In this document: one piece after another, positions 50,116 to 60,200 of the stretch
How positions within the stretch are numbered: the first letter of the stretch is position 1
How the letters are laid out: every line of letters begins with the position of its first letter
NCBI GenBank assembly: GCA_027623195.1
Contig: JAQBUT010000002.1
Span: 32,001 to 96,000, forward strand
DNA length: 64,000 nucleotides
Reading direction: 5' to 3'
DNA from: Chloroflexota bacterium
Lineage (GTDB): Bacteria; Chloroflexota; Dehalococcoidia; Lucifugimonadales; JADFKI01
Notes under the pieces: generated by a model
Database searches by the model: none
What the model was told of the DNA's origin: nothing
What the model saw: only the letters and a program-made list of their open reading frames with translations
Translations under genes and position numbers: made by a program

Positions 50116-50826
50116 ATGATAGAAATTCGGCGCAAGGAAGACATCTTCAATATCCAGCAGGACTGGTTCGAGGGCTTCTGGCACTTCTCCTTTGGCGTGC
50201 CACCTCAGGGTTACCACGATTCTGATAACACCAATTTCGGCGCACTGAGGGTGTTCAACGTGGATACGCTGGTGCCTGGCGGCGTTTGGCCCATGCACCC
50301 GCACCAGAACATCGAGGTTATTACGTACTGTCTCGATGGCGAGTTCCAGCATGCCGACAACACGGGCAAGGGTGGTGTCCTGCTGAAGGGCGACGTTCAG
50401 CACACGACGGTTGGCAGAGGCATGCTCCACGAGGAGATTAACCACCGCAAAGACGTCCCCATGACTTTCTTGCAGATCTGGATTATGCCTCGGGAGGCCG
50501 ACCTGGAGCCGTCTATGGAGCAGCGCACCGTAGACCCCAAGGAAAGGCTGAACAAGTTTCTGACCTTGGTCTCTGATAAGAACCCAGATGCCCTGCCCAT
50601 AGCGCAAGACGCAGAGTTTGTGGTCTCTAGTCTGGAGAAGAACCGCAGCGCCTCCTATGCGCTTCCGGATGGCTACGGCGCGTACCTTTTGGTAGCATCT
50701 GGGCAAATCCAGGTAAACGGAAACGCCGCCTCCGAGGGCGACGCGGTCATGATTTCAGACACGCCGGCGGTGGACGTGAAGGCGGATAAGGCGAGCGAGT
50801 TGGCGATGGTTGTAGTTCGGGTGTAG
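50116..50826 (+). CDS. pirin family protein
   Basis: FGALRVFN.D, MHPH.NIE.ITY, H.D..G, G.GMLHEE.N, LQIWI.P. Confidence 0.95.
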   Translation: MIEIRRKEDIFNIQQDWFEGFWHFSFGVPPQGYHDSDNTNFGALRVFNVDTLVPGGVWPMHPHQNIEVITYCLDGEFQHADNTGKGGVLLKGDVQHTTVGRGMLHEEINHRKDVPMTFLQIWIMPREADLEPSMEQRTVDPKERLNKFLTLVSDKNPDALPIAQDAEFVVSSLEKNRSASYALPDGYGAYLLVASGQIQVNGNAASEGDAVMISDTPAVDVKADKASELAMVVVRV

Positions 50827-50862
50827 CCTGCGACATCCAAAGTCAGATACGGAGCGAGGAAT

Positions 50863-51402
50863 ATGGCGATCAAAACGAGAGGCGTTAATCATCCGGCAAT
50901 CATCGGCCAGGACCGTGACGAGACTGTTAAGTTCTACACCGAGGTGCTGGGCATGCGCCTGGTGCTGGACCAGCCCAATCTGGACGAGCCGCGCATGACT
51001 CACCTCTTTTTCGACGCGGGAAACGGCGGCTTCATCGCGTATTTCGTAATCAACGAGGGCACCGACCTGGAACTGCCAAAGGCCCAGGACGGCATTGGCC
51101 ATATGGGGCACGTGGCGCTGAACCTCATAGGGCCAATCGAGGATGCCATGGAGAACCTGAATAACCACGGCGTGAAGTTCATGGGGCCTATCGACCGAGG
51201 CTACGAAAGATCTGTGTATTTTAAAGACCCAAACGGCGTGCTTGTGGAGCTTCTTACCTGGATAACGCCGCTTCCCGAGGATGCTGACGAGGCTGAAGTC
51301 GTTGCCAGGGCCACGGTGCTACGGCAGCAGGAGGGAGCGCACCACATCGAGGACGAACACGTGCGCCGCGCAATGCAGGAAATGGGGTACGCTCTTGACT
51401 AA
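50863..51402 (+). CDS. VOC / glyoxalase family protein
   Basis: GVNHPAI, FYTEVLGM, GHVAL, SVYFKDPNG..VEL. Confidence 0.93.
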   Translation: MAIKTRGVNHPAIIGQDRDETVKFYTEVLGMRLVLDQPNLDEPRMTHLFFDAGNGGFIAYFVINEGTDLELPKAQDGIGHMGHVALNLIGPIEDAMENLNNHGVKFMGPIDRGYERSVYFKDPNGVLVELLTWITPLPEDADEAEVVARATVLRQQEGAHHIEDEHVRRAMQEMGYALD

Positions 51403-52255
51403 CGAGAACATTGAGTCCCGGCTCGTAACCTGTGACTGGCTTACCGAACACCTGGACGATCCCAACGTCCGCGTTATTGAAGTGTCGTCGTCGGCATCGG
51501 ACGCAAAGTATCGGCAGGGGCACATTCCTGGCTCGGCCTGGTGGAACTGGAAGGACGCATGTTGGCACGCCACAGACCGGGAGTTCGCCACACCGGCGGA
51601 GATGGCACAGCGCTTGGGGGTCATCGGCGTCGGCCCGGATACGACCGTCGTGCTGGTGGGAGAGCCTGTCCAGTATGGCACGTACGCCTTCTGGGCGCTG
51701 ACGATGGCCGGTCACAAAGACGTTCGTCTGCTGGACGGCGCGCGCACCTTGTGGACTGCAGAGGGTCGACCCCTGGATGCAGAAATGCCGAGCTTTTCAT
51801 CGGTCGATTACCCGCCGCCTGCGCCGGACCCGTCCAGCCGTGTGGGCCGCGACGACGTTCGGGCCAAGCTAGGCCAGCCTGGCCGTCTGCTACTGGACGT
51901 GCGCTCACCAGAGGAGTTCAGCGGCGAGAGGGTTAGCCCGGCTTCAATGATGGGAGCCGTGGACCACGGTGCGGAGCGGACCGGGCGTATACCCGGAGCC
52001 GTGCACCTCTTCTACAAGGACCTGCTGAACGACGACGATACGTTTTTGCCGGTCGAACGCTTACGCGAAATATTCGCGACCGCCGGAATCGCAGAAAACT
52101 CGCCGGACGAGGTAGTGGCCTACTGCCGCCTCAGCCATAGGGCTACGCTGGCCTGGGTCGCCATGGAGCACATCCTGGGCATGGCCAACGTTCGCATCTA
52201 CGACGGCTCCTGGACCGAGTGGGGCAGCATCGTCGGCTTCCCTATAGAAAAATAG
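51395..52255 (+). CDS. thiosulfate/mercaptopyruvate sulfurtransferase (tandem rhodanese)
   Basis: GHIPGS, LLDG, LDVRSPEEF.G, GRIPGA, AYCRLSHRA, YDGSWTEW; TTG start overlaps the VOC stop. Confidence 0.93.
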   Translation: MTNENIESRLVTCDWLTEHLDDPNVRVIEVSSSASDAKYRQGHIPGSAWWNWKDACWHATDREFATPAEMAQRLGVIGVGPDTTVVLVGEPVQYGTYAFWALTMAGHKDVRLLDGARTLWTAEGRPLDAEMPSFSSVDYPPPAPDPSSRVGRDDVRAKLGQPGRLLLDVRSPEEFSGERVSPASMMGAVDHGAERTGRIPGAVHLFYKDLLNDDDTFLPVERLREIFATAGIAENSPDEVVAYCRLSHRATLAWVAMEHILGMANVRIYDGSWTEWGSIVGFPIEK

Positions 52256-52390
52256 CTGGGGAGACCTTTCAAGAAGCTGGCCGCCTTTGCTAACTGCGCC
52301 GGGACCCGTCTTAGACGGCTCGCGTTGACCTCAAAATACCCGACGTGGTAGGCTTGGCGAGTCAAATCCCTTTCAGGAGGCTTCCCCCTT

Positions 52391-53394
52391 ATGACTGAGC
52401 AGACCTCTACACCACGCCCCGAGACCATAACTGGGTTACAAGAGGCGGCTAATTCAGCTCTCGCCATGCTGGCAGGTATGCAGCTTGATGTCTTCACGCC
52501 TGTGAAAGAGGGCCCCATGAGCCTGGAGCAGGTGGCGGCGGCCATCGACGTTAGGTCCATCAAGCTGAGGCCCTCATGTACGCCCTGGTAGTTGCGGGCC
52601 TGCTGAATGTGGACGAAGACAAGTTCTCCAACACAACTGAGTCTGGGCACTTTCTTGTTAAAGGCAACCCTGCCTATATGGGCGGTATACATGCAAGGAT
52701 GGCTCTTACATGGGAGTCAACCCTGGACACGGCGGAGTCCATACGCACAGGTATCCCGCAGGCAAGGCTGGACTTCTCCGGTGGCTCCGAGGAAAAACTG
52801 GAGAGGTTCCTGCGCGCAATCCAGCCTCAGACTATAACCTCTGGTCAAGAGTTAGCTGACAAGTGGGACTTCTCGTCTTGCCGCAAGCTGGCCGATGTCG
52901 GAGGCGGTTCCGGCGGTCTTGCTATCGCCCTTACGGAGAAGTGCCCTCACGTCAAGGCGACAGTGGTTGACCTTCCCACAGTGACGCCGATAACTCAGCG
53001 CATAGTGGATGAGGCTGGGGCCAGCGACAGGGTCGGGGTCACGGCGGCTGATGTGCTCGGCGGCCGGTTGGCAGGTTCGTACGACGTGGCGGTGCTGCGT
53101 GCTCTGATACAGGTGCTTTCGCCTGAGGATGCAGTCAAGGCCCTGAAGAACGTACGGGAGGCGATAAGACCCGGTGGGACAATACACATCATCGGCAGGA
53201 TGCTGGACAACTCACGCCTGACTCCCGCATCGTCGGTGTCCTTCAGCCTGCTTACCATTAACCTGTACGACGATGGGCAGTCCTACACTGAGCAGGAGTA
53301 CGCCGACTGGCTTGCGGAGGCGGGCTTCGAAGGATTCGAGAGGGCGCGCCTAACCGAGATAGACGACATAGTTACCGCCCGAAATCCGGGCTAA
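52391..53394 (+). pseudogene. O-methyltransferase (dimerisation + Methyltransf_2), split by a 1-nt frameshift
   Basis: The N-part (AMLAGMQLDVFT..KLRP) and C-part (MYALVVAGLL..DVGGGSG..VVDLP) join if one base is added at 52571-52573. Confidence 0.8.
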
Positions 53395-54278
53395 GGATAC
53401 CTCTCCTTCCACCAGCGGGCGATCTCGATGCGTTTGGCAAACCAGACGTCGGGGAACTGTTTCGTATATTCAAAAAACTGTCGTAGTGCCACGGCGCGGG
53501 AGGGCCTACCCACTATGCGGCAGTGCAGGCCGATGTTCATCATCTTCGGATGGGTTGCGCCCTCGGCGTACAGCAGGTCGAAGGTGTTCTTCAGCGTCAA
53601 GTAAAAATCGTCGGGGCTGACCATGTTACCGCGCCAGAAACGGGTATCGTTGGTCTCCAGCGAGTACGGCACTACCAACCACTTCCGGCCCTCGGCCTCG
53701 GTGTAGTATGGCAGATCGTCGTTGTACGCCATGCTGTCATACTCGAATCCGCCCTCTTCGATGACCAGCCGCCGGGTGTTCTCGCCGTGAGCGTAGCGGG
53801 TGTACCAGCCCAGGGGCCTCTCCCCAGTGGTTCGCTGCAAAGACTCTACTGTTTTGCGTATAGCCTCCCGCTCCTCCTCCTCGCCCATCTTGAAGTGCTC
53901 TTCCCAGCGGTAGCCGTGCCCGAAAATCTCGTGGCCTCGTCGAACCAGTTCCGGGCCTACGTGGGGATTGCGCTCCAGGGCCAGCGCGCAACAGAAGAAG
54001 GTCGACTTTACGTCGAACTCATCCAGGATATTCAGCACGCGCCAGACCCCTACCCTGCTGCCGTACTCGAAGAAGGACTCGTTGGCCAGGTCTCGCTGGT
54101 CCAACGGCACCGGCGAAGGCACCTCGTTGTTGACCTCGTGAGTCGGGTCGCCGTCTAGCAGCGAATACTCCGAGCCCTCCTCGTAATTCACCACCACTGA
54201 GATGGCAATGCGCGCCCCGTTAGGCCACTCCACAACAGGCGGATTGGGCCCGTAGCCAATTAGGTCTCTTTGATTCAT
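53391..54278 (-). CDS. polysaccharide deacetylase family, PuuE allantoinase-like
   Basis: RDLIGYG.NPP...WP, VNYEEGSE, EYGSRVG.WR, HG.RW, YNDDLPY, IGLHCRIVGRP. Confidence 0.9.
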   Translation of the reverse strand: MNQRDLIGYGPNPPVVEWPNGARIAISVVVNYEEGSEYSLLDGDPTHEVNNEVPSPVPLDQRDLANESFFEYGSRVGVWRVLNILDEFDVKSTFFCCALALERNPHVGPELVRRGHEIFGHGYRWEEHFKMGEEEEREAIRKTVESLQRTTGERPLGWYTRYAHGENTRRLVIEEGGFEYDSMAYNDDLPYYTEAEGRKWLVVPYSLETNDTRFWRGNMVSPDDFYLTLKNTFDLLYAEGATHPKMMNIGLHCRIVGRPSRAVALRQFFEYTKQFPDVWFAKRIEIARWWKERYP

Positions 54279-54359
54279 GAGTGGTGTTACCCCCTTGGAC
54301 GATTATTATGGTAAAGTGATCAGACACTAGTTTACTCCAATAATTAGGGGAGAGGTGAA

Positions 54360-54686
54360 TTGGGAATCTACGTAACGAAACATCAACATGACGCAGCGTC
54401 TTGCCCCGCAGGACATCCTGAGATGGGGCCTATGCTGCTCCAGCATCTATCCGATGAGAATGCAGCCCAGATGGGCATAACCGTTAAGGGAGACGCCGTT
54501 GTAGGCGGGCACTCCTTCTTCATGATATTGGATGCCCCCAATTTGGAGGTCGTTCAACAGTTCATGGGGCCTTTCATGCAGGCCGGCAGCGTGGAGATCA
54601 TGGAAGCCAGCTCATGCAGCCAGGTGGTAGCCCGCGGGAACTGTGGCCCCACGGCCAACATCTGGACAAGCGGTGTCCCTGTTTAG
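54360..54686 (+). CDS. small conserved hypothetical protein (His/Cys motifs)
   Basis: GAGGTG RBS plus TTG; HQHDAASCP ... SC..VVARGNC. Confidence 0.75.
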   Translation: MGIYVTKHQHDAASCPAGHPEMGPMLLQHLSDENAAQMGITVKGDAVVGGHSFFMILDAPNLEVVQQFMGPFMQAGSVEIMEASSCSQVVARGNCGPTANIWTSGVPV

Positions 54687-54707
54687 GAATCCGACTGTAA
54701 ATTAGCC

Positions 54708-54750
54708 AAGGCCCGCCTGACGACTAACCCTCGCCAGCCGGGCCTTTTTC
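54708..54750 (+). terminator. terminator-like hairpin
   Basis: AAGGCCCG..CTGACGA / TCGCCAG..CGGGCCTT followed by TTT. Confidence 0.6.
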
Positions 54751-54766
54751 TTTGGGACAGAATCCT

Positions 54767-55045
54767 ATGAACCAGGCAAGTCAGGAAATCCTAGTCGAAA
54801 ACGACAAGGTGCGAGTCGGCAGGTGGACCTTTCCACCTGGTTCTGAGACTGGCCAGCACCGACACGCCATGGCCTACGTCGTTGTGCCAATGACCACAGG
54901 CACCCTGGTGGTGCGCGACGCTCAAGGCCAGAGAGACAACAATCTGGTAGCGGGCTCGCCCTACTACGGTGACGCCGGCGTGGAGCATAATGTGTTCAAC
55001 GAAAGTTCGGCTCAGATCGTATTCTTAGAAGTGGAGTTAAAGTAG
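54767..55045 (+). CDS. cupin (BauB-like)
   Basis: ENDKVRV.RW.F.PG.ETGQHRH..YVVVP, GVEHNV.N. Confidence 0.85.
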   Translation: MNQASQEILVENDKVRVGRWTFPPGSETGQHRHAMAYVVVPMTTGTLVVRDAQGQRDNNLVAGSPYYGDAGVEHNVFNESSAQIVFLEVELK

Positions 55046-55053
55046 GCCTGCCA

Positions 55054-55872
55054 ATGGAGTATCGCAAAATAGGGCATATCGACGTGTCAGCGATCGGCAT
55101 GGGGACGTACCGAAGCTTCGATGTTCGTTCGGAGCGTGACATTGAGGTGCGGCGCGACATAATCGCCAATTGCCTGGAGACGGGACTCAGCCTGATAGAC
55201 TCGTCGCCCATGTATGGCAACGCCGAGCGTGTGATCGGGCTAACTACCCAAGGTGAAGGCACGAGAGGCAAATTGCGGTTCGCCACGAAGGTCTGGACCA
55301 GAGGGCGCGCCGAGGGCCAACGCCAGATACGTGAGTCCTTTGAATTGATGGGCACCGACCACATCGATCTCTTCCAGGTGCACAACCTGCTGGACTGGCG
55401 TACCCACCTGGATACCCTGGAGGACCTCAAGGAGCAGGACGCTATCGGGGCAATAGGCATAACGCATTACACGGCCAGCGCCTATCCGGAGATGCTGCAG
55501 GTTATGAAGACCGGTCGTATCGACGCGATTCAGGTGCCTTATAACGTGCTGGAGAGGGCATGTGATGCGGAGGTGCTGCCGTTGGCCGAGGAACTAGGTA
55601 TCGCGGTGCTGGTAATGGAGCCGCTGGAAAAGGGGCGCTACGTCACAGGTCTTAGACGACCGCCGAATATGACGCCACTTGCGGATTTTGGTGTGGAGAC
55701 GTGGGCGCAGGCTCTTCTAGCCTGGGTCATTAGCGACCATCGGGTTACCAGCGCCATACCTGCCACATCTCGTCCAGAGCGCATCCTGGAAAATGCGAAA
55801 GCCGGCGATATGGGGAATCTTCCTGAGGAGTTGAGGGACTACGTTCGTCGGGAAACGGAGCGGTGCCTGTAG
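55054..55872 (+). CDS. aldo/keto reductase
   Basis: IGMGT, IDSSPMYG.AE, ATKVW, IDLFQVHN, Q.PYN, AIPATS. Confidence 0.93.
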   Translation: MEYRKIGHIDVSAIGMGTYRSFDVRSERDIEVRRDIIANCLETGLSLIDSSPMYGNAERVIGLTTQGEGTRGKLRFATKVWTRGRAEGQRQIRESFELMGTDHIDLFQVHNLLDWRTHLDTLEDLKEQDAIGAIGITHYTASAYPEMLQVMKTGRIDAIQVPYNVLERACDAEVLPLAEELGIAVLVMEPLEKGRYVTGLRRPPNMTPLADFGVETWAQALLAWVISDHRVTSAIPATSRPERILENAKAGDMGNLPEELRDYVRRETERCL

Positions 55873-55912
55873 TGGCCCGTATTCCGATCCACTGGACTAA
55901 TTTGTAGAAGCC

Positions 55913-56884
55913 CTAGTCTTCGTCCTCGTAGTCGTCATCATCGTCGAAGTCATCCTCTTCGGCATCGCCTTCGCCTGGAGTTTCCAGTCGCTGGCCGACT
56001 TCACGGAGAAACTGCTCAACGTCAGGAGCAAACGAGGTGTCCTCTTCCACCGGCGCGTCGTCACCCGAAGGCTCCCGAACGGCCAGAGTCCTATCGTAAT
56101 AAGCCTCTAGTTGCTGGATTAGCGACTGGACCTCTGGATTGTTCTGCACGGCCCGGTTGATGTCCTGATACTGCTGCTCGCCCCTGGACTGGTCGGCCAG
56201 TCTCTTAGGCAGGTCGTACATTGCGCAGAGAACGCTCATGAGACGAGAGGCCCCCATGTGGTCCTCATCCAGTTGGACGTACTGAGGCAGGTGCGCCATC
56301 AGATTCACCGAAGGCACCTCGGACTCCGCCAAGGACTCGTGCACCAGGTTAACGATGCTGGTCGGCCCCTGGTAGGTGCTGCGCCTGATGGAAACCAGTC
56401 CTTTAGCCTTCTCCTCGTAGTCGGACGTAAGGCTTCCTGTTACGAGCACAGGTCTGGTGTGCGGCACCGAGTCGTACATGCCGCCGATGCGACAATACTC
56501 AGCGACGTCGAAATGCTTCAGTAATTCCACTATGGCGTCCGTGTAATCCTCGCCCATAGCGTGCGGTTCGCGGATGTGGAGGAAAAGGTAGTCCTGGTCC
56601 TGATCGTTATCGTGCGCGTAATGAACGATTGTATTGGGTCTGGTAAACACCCGTTGGCCATCTACAGTTCGCATCCTGGGCCGGTAGCGCGTAAAGTCGA
56701 AGTACAGGCCGGGCTTGGCCAAGCGGCCCAATTCCTGGGCGCCCAAGTGTCGTTCCAATCTATTCAGGACTAAAGTCCCAACCCTGCCGACATCTACCCA
56801 CGGCCGCAGCATGGCGATTACGCGAGTGTTCTTCAATTGCGGGACTGGCTCTGGTATCTCGAATTCACCAATTCTCATGGGCAT
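55913..56884 (-). CDS. PAC2 (proteasome assembly chaperone-like) family protein
   Basis: WVDVG.VG, FDFTRYRP, VPHTRP, YQGPTSI, AHLPQY; acidic tail. Confidence 0.88.
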   Translation of the reverse strand: MPMRIGEFEIPEPVPQLKNTRVIAMLRPWVDVGRVGTLVLNRLERHLGAQELGRLAKPGLYFDFTRYRPRMRTVDGQRVFTRPNTIVHYAHDNDQDQDYLFLHIREPHAMGEDYTDAIVELLKHFDVAEYCRIGGMYDSVPHTRPVLVTGSLTSDYEEKAKGLVSIRRSTYQGPTSIVNLVHESLAESEVPSVNLMAHLPQYVQLDEDHMGASRLMSVLCAMYDLPKRLADQSRGEQQYQDINRAVQNNPEVQSLIQQLEAYYDRTLAVREPSGDDAPVEEDTSFAPDVEQFLREVGQRLETPGEGDAEEDDFDDDDDYEDED

Positions 56885-57209
56885 ATCCTGTCAAACATGG
56901 CGGAAATGTTCAAGTCTTTTGCGTAGTTGGTCGTAGTTTCTTACTAATTGGCTCTTAGAGGGTAAATCAACCTGGGAAGACCTGCAAGAAACCTTCGAAC
57001 AATTAGACGGGAAGTAGGTATCTTGCCAATTTATGCGAAGCAAGCCAAATATATACGCATAATGTAGTTTACCACCACAGCGATGGGTGTATTCCATAAA
57101 GCATAAAGGTTGAGATGGCGGCATCAATAAATCTCTAGTGAAGAATTGTTGCCCTCATCGCTTTGGACTTTCTCTATTCAGATTTACCAGAGATTTGCCG
57201 TTTTAAGGT

Positions 57210-60200
57210 ATGTATAGGCAGCATCTAAGTATACTCATTGTTGACGATTCCGATCGTGATGTCATTCTCCTGGAGCGCATGCTCAGACAGGAAGGGTACG
57301 ACATTACCTTGGAAAGAACCGACACTGCTGAGAGCCTGAGAAGGTCGCTACGCACTCAGGACTGGGACATCGTGGTGTCGGCGTGCAGGCTCCCCACTTT
57401 CAGCGCGTACAAGGCTTTGGAAACAATTAACGAACTCGGCCTTGATATTCCCCTTATAGTTGTCTCTGAGACAGTTGATGAGATGGACGTTGTTGCCCTC
57501 GTTAAAGCCGGGGCTGTGGATTTCATCAGGAAAGATAACCTTTCTCTTGTGGCATCTACCGTCAAGCGGGAAATACGCAATGCCGCTAGAAGACGCGAAG
57601 AGCTCCTCGCAGAACTGGACCACCAGGAAATTCTCGCTGACGAGTTTGAACAGACCCGTGCAGAAGCCCAAAAGCTCGCAAACGAGAATGCAGCTATCGC
57701 CGACATCGGGAGAATCGTCAGCTCTACTCTGGACTTTGATGAGATATGTGAAGCTGTTGCAGAGCCGATTAAGTCAATCGTGCCCTACGACAGGTTTTCA
57801 CTTTCGGTCCGGAGAGATGATGGCGAGACCATCGAAGTTCGATTTTTGGCTGGAATTGAGATGCCTAGTCACTACGTGGGAATGGTCTTCGACTTTAACC
57901 GATCTATTTCCCGTGATTCTCGTAGGGCTAGCGAGGGTCGCGTTTTCGAGCTATTGGAATCAGATACCGCCCCATCTCAATTGGAAAAAAACCAGATTTT
58001 TGCGGAGCACCAAAAGCCGTTCTATGCTTTGGGGCTTAAATATGGGTTAACAGCTCCTCTGATCTCCAATAATCAGGTAATCGGGTATATGGCTTTCAGG
58101 TCTCTTGAGGAGGGAACTTACTCCGATTACCAATTGGGCTTAGCGGAACGAATCGCTCCACTGCTGGCGGGGGCTCTCGCCTCAGAAAAGCTGTACCAAC
58201 AGGCACTGCGGGAGTCCCGTGAAAACGAAGCCCTGGCCTCTATTGGCAGGGCTATGGGTTCTACTTTAGATGTTAAGACCGTATACGGTTGCGCATACGA
58301 TGCGCTCAAAGATCTGGTCCCTGTGGACAGGGTGAGCGCAGCACTCATTATGCCCGATGGGCAGCACATGATTTCCAACTATTTTGCCGGCATAGAGATG
58401 CCTGGGAGACGCGTTGGAGAGATCTTCCCAATCAGAGACGTACTTCGGTTCGTGATAGATTCACGGACAGGGCACCTGATGCAGGGGGCCGAGTACGAAG
58501 ACATAAAGTCCGACCGGTCTCAATTTATAAATAGTGGGCTGCAGTCTCAGATGGTTGTCCCCATGGTTTCGGAAGACGAAGTCATAGGGCTGATTTTTGT
58601 TCGGTCCACGAAGCCCTTGGCGTATACCCCCAGGGACCTTGCGCTGGCAGAGCGAATTGGGCTGCAAATTGCGGGGGCGGTAGCCAAAGCCAGGCTTCAC
58701 GAGCAGATGCAACATCTGGGCAACGAGCGCCAGGTGCTATCCGAAATTGGCAAGGTAATCAGCTCATCCTCCAAGTTGGACGACGTTTACGAGGAATTAG
58801 CAAAACTTGTGAAGAGGATAGTCCCTTACGACCGTTTCTCAATTTGGACCATTACAGAGGACAACAGGCGAAGAGGCGCATTTCGGACTGGAATGACATT
58901 GGACGAAATAGATAACCCCGAATTCATTGTTGATCTGGGAGAGAACGTCGAAAAGGCATTGCGGGCTCAGGCTCCAGTGCTAAGTGTTCCGGATGCAAAA
59001 CGAAATCTAATTGAGCATTCTCGAATCCGTGATTCCGCCCTGGCTCAGGGCATAAGGGGTGTTATCACCGCCCCTCTCATATCAGATGGTCATGTCGTGG
59101 GAGTACTGATAGTTGGCACCATTGTAGAGGACTCCTATTCTCAAAATGAGATGGACCTGCTAGAGAGGGTCGCCAATCAGATAGCAGGCGCCATGTCCAT
59201 TGCTTTGTTAGCAGAAAACCTGAAACTAGCCGAAACTGCTGCCTTGCAGTTGGCTCGCGAAAATGATGCCGTTGCAGAGATCGGACGGACCATCACCTCC
59301 TCAATAGACATTAGTGATGTATACGAAAAGTTCGGTGAATTGGTCCGGGAATTTATCCCGTTCGACCATACTGTCATTGCACTGATCGAATCTGTTAATA
59401 ACCGAATGAGTATGGCCTATGTCTACGGGGAAGAGGTATCAGGCAGAAGGGTCGGAGAGTTTTCAAACCTATCCGACGATTTCTTGAAGGACATGAATAT
59501 CGAGCACGGTGGCTTCATTCTTCACCTGGAAGACGATGAAGAGCTAGTTGCTAGCCAGTACTCCCGCTACCTGCCTGGGTATCGTGTAGGCGCCAGGTCG
59601 TTTCTTACAGTGCCGCTTGTTTCAGAGGGAGAGACCATCGGCTTAATTCGCTTTTGGTCAAAGGAACGCAACGCATATACCGAAAAGCAGCTGTTGTTCT
59701 GCGGTCGAATCGCACGCCAAATTTCCGGCGCCGTGAAAAACGCCCAGATGCACAAGGTGATCCAGCGCGAGGCAGAAGAACGGAAGATTCTCGCCGAGAT
59801 AGGCAGGGTCACCAGCTTCTCTCTGGACCTGGATGAAGTGTATTCAACCTTTGCCGAGCAGGTGAGAAGGCTCATCGCCTACGACCGTGTGGCTATTGGC
59901 CTGATTGATGAAGAACAGGACAACCTGACCATCGCATTCGTTGTAGGCTCAGCTGTAAAGGGCAGAGAACCGGGGGATTTCATTTCGCTGAATGGGACTC
60001 ATAGCCGAGATGTTATACGGAGGCGGGATGGCGTACTGACGCAGGAAACCGACGAGTCCGAAATAAAGTCGCTCTTCCCAGGTCTGATGCCGCTTTTTGA
60101 GGCAGGACTGCGCTCCTTCATAACGATGCCGCTCGTCTCCAATGACAAGGTTATTGGCACCTTTCACTTACATAGCGTGCAGGAGAACATGTACTCCGCC

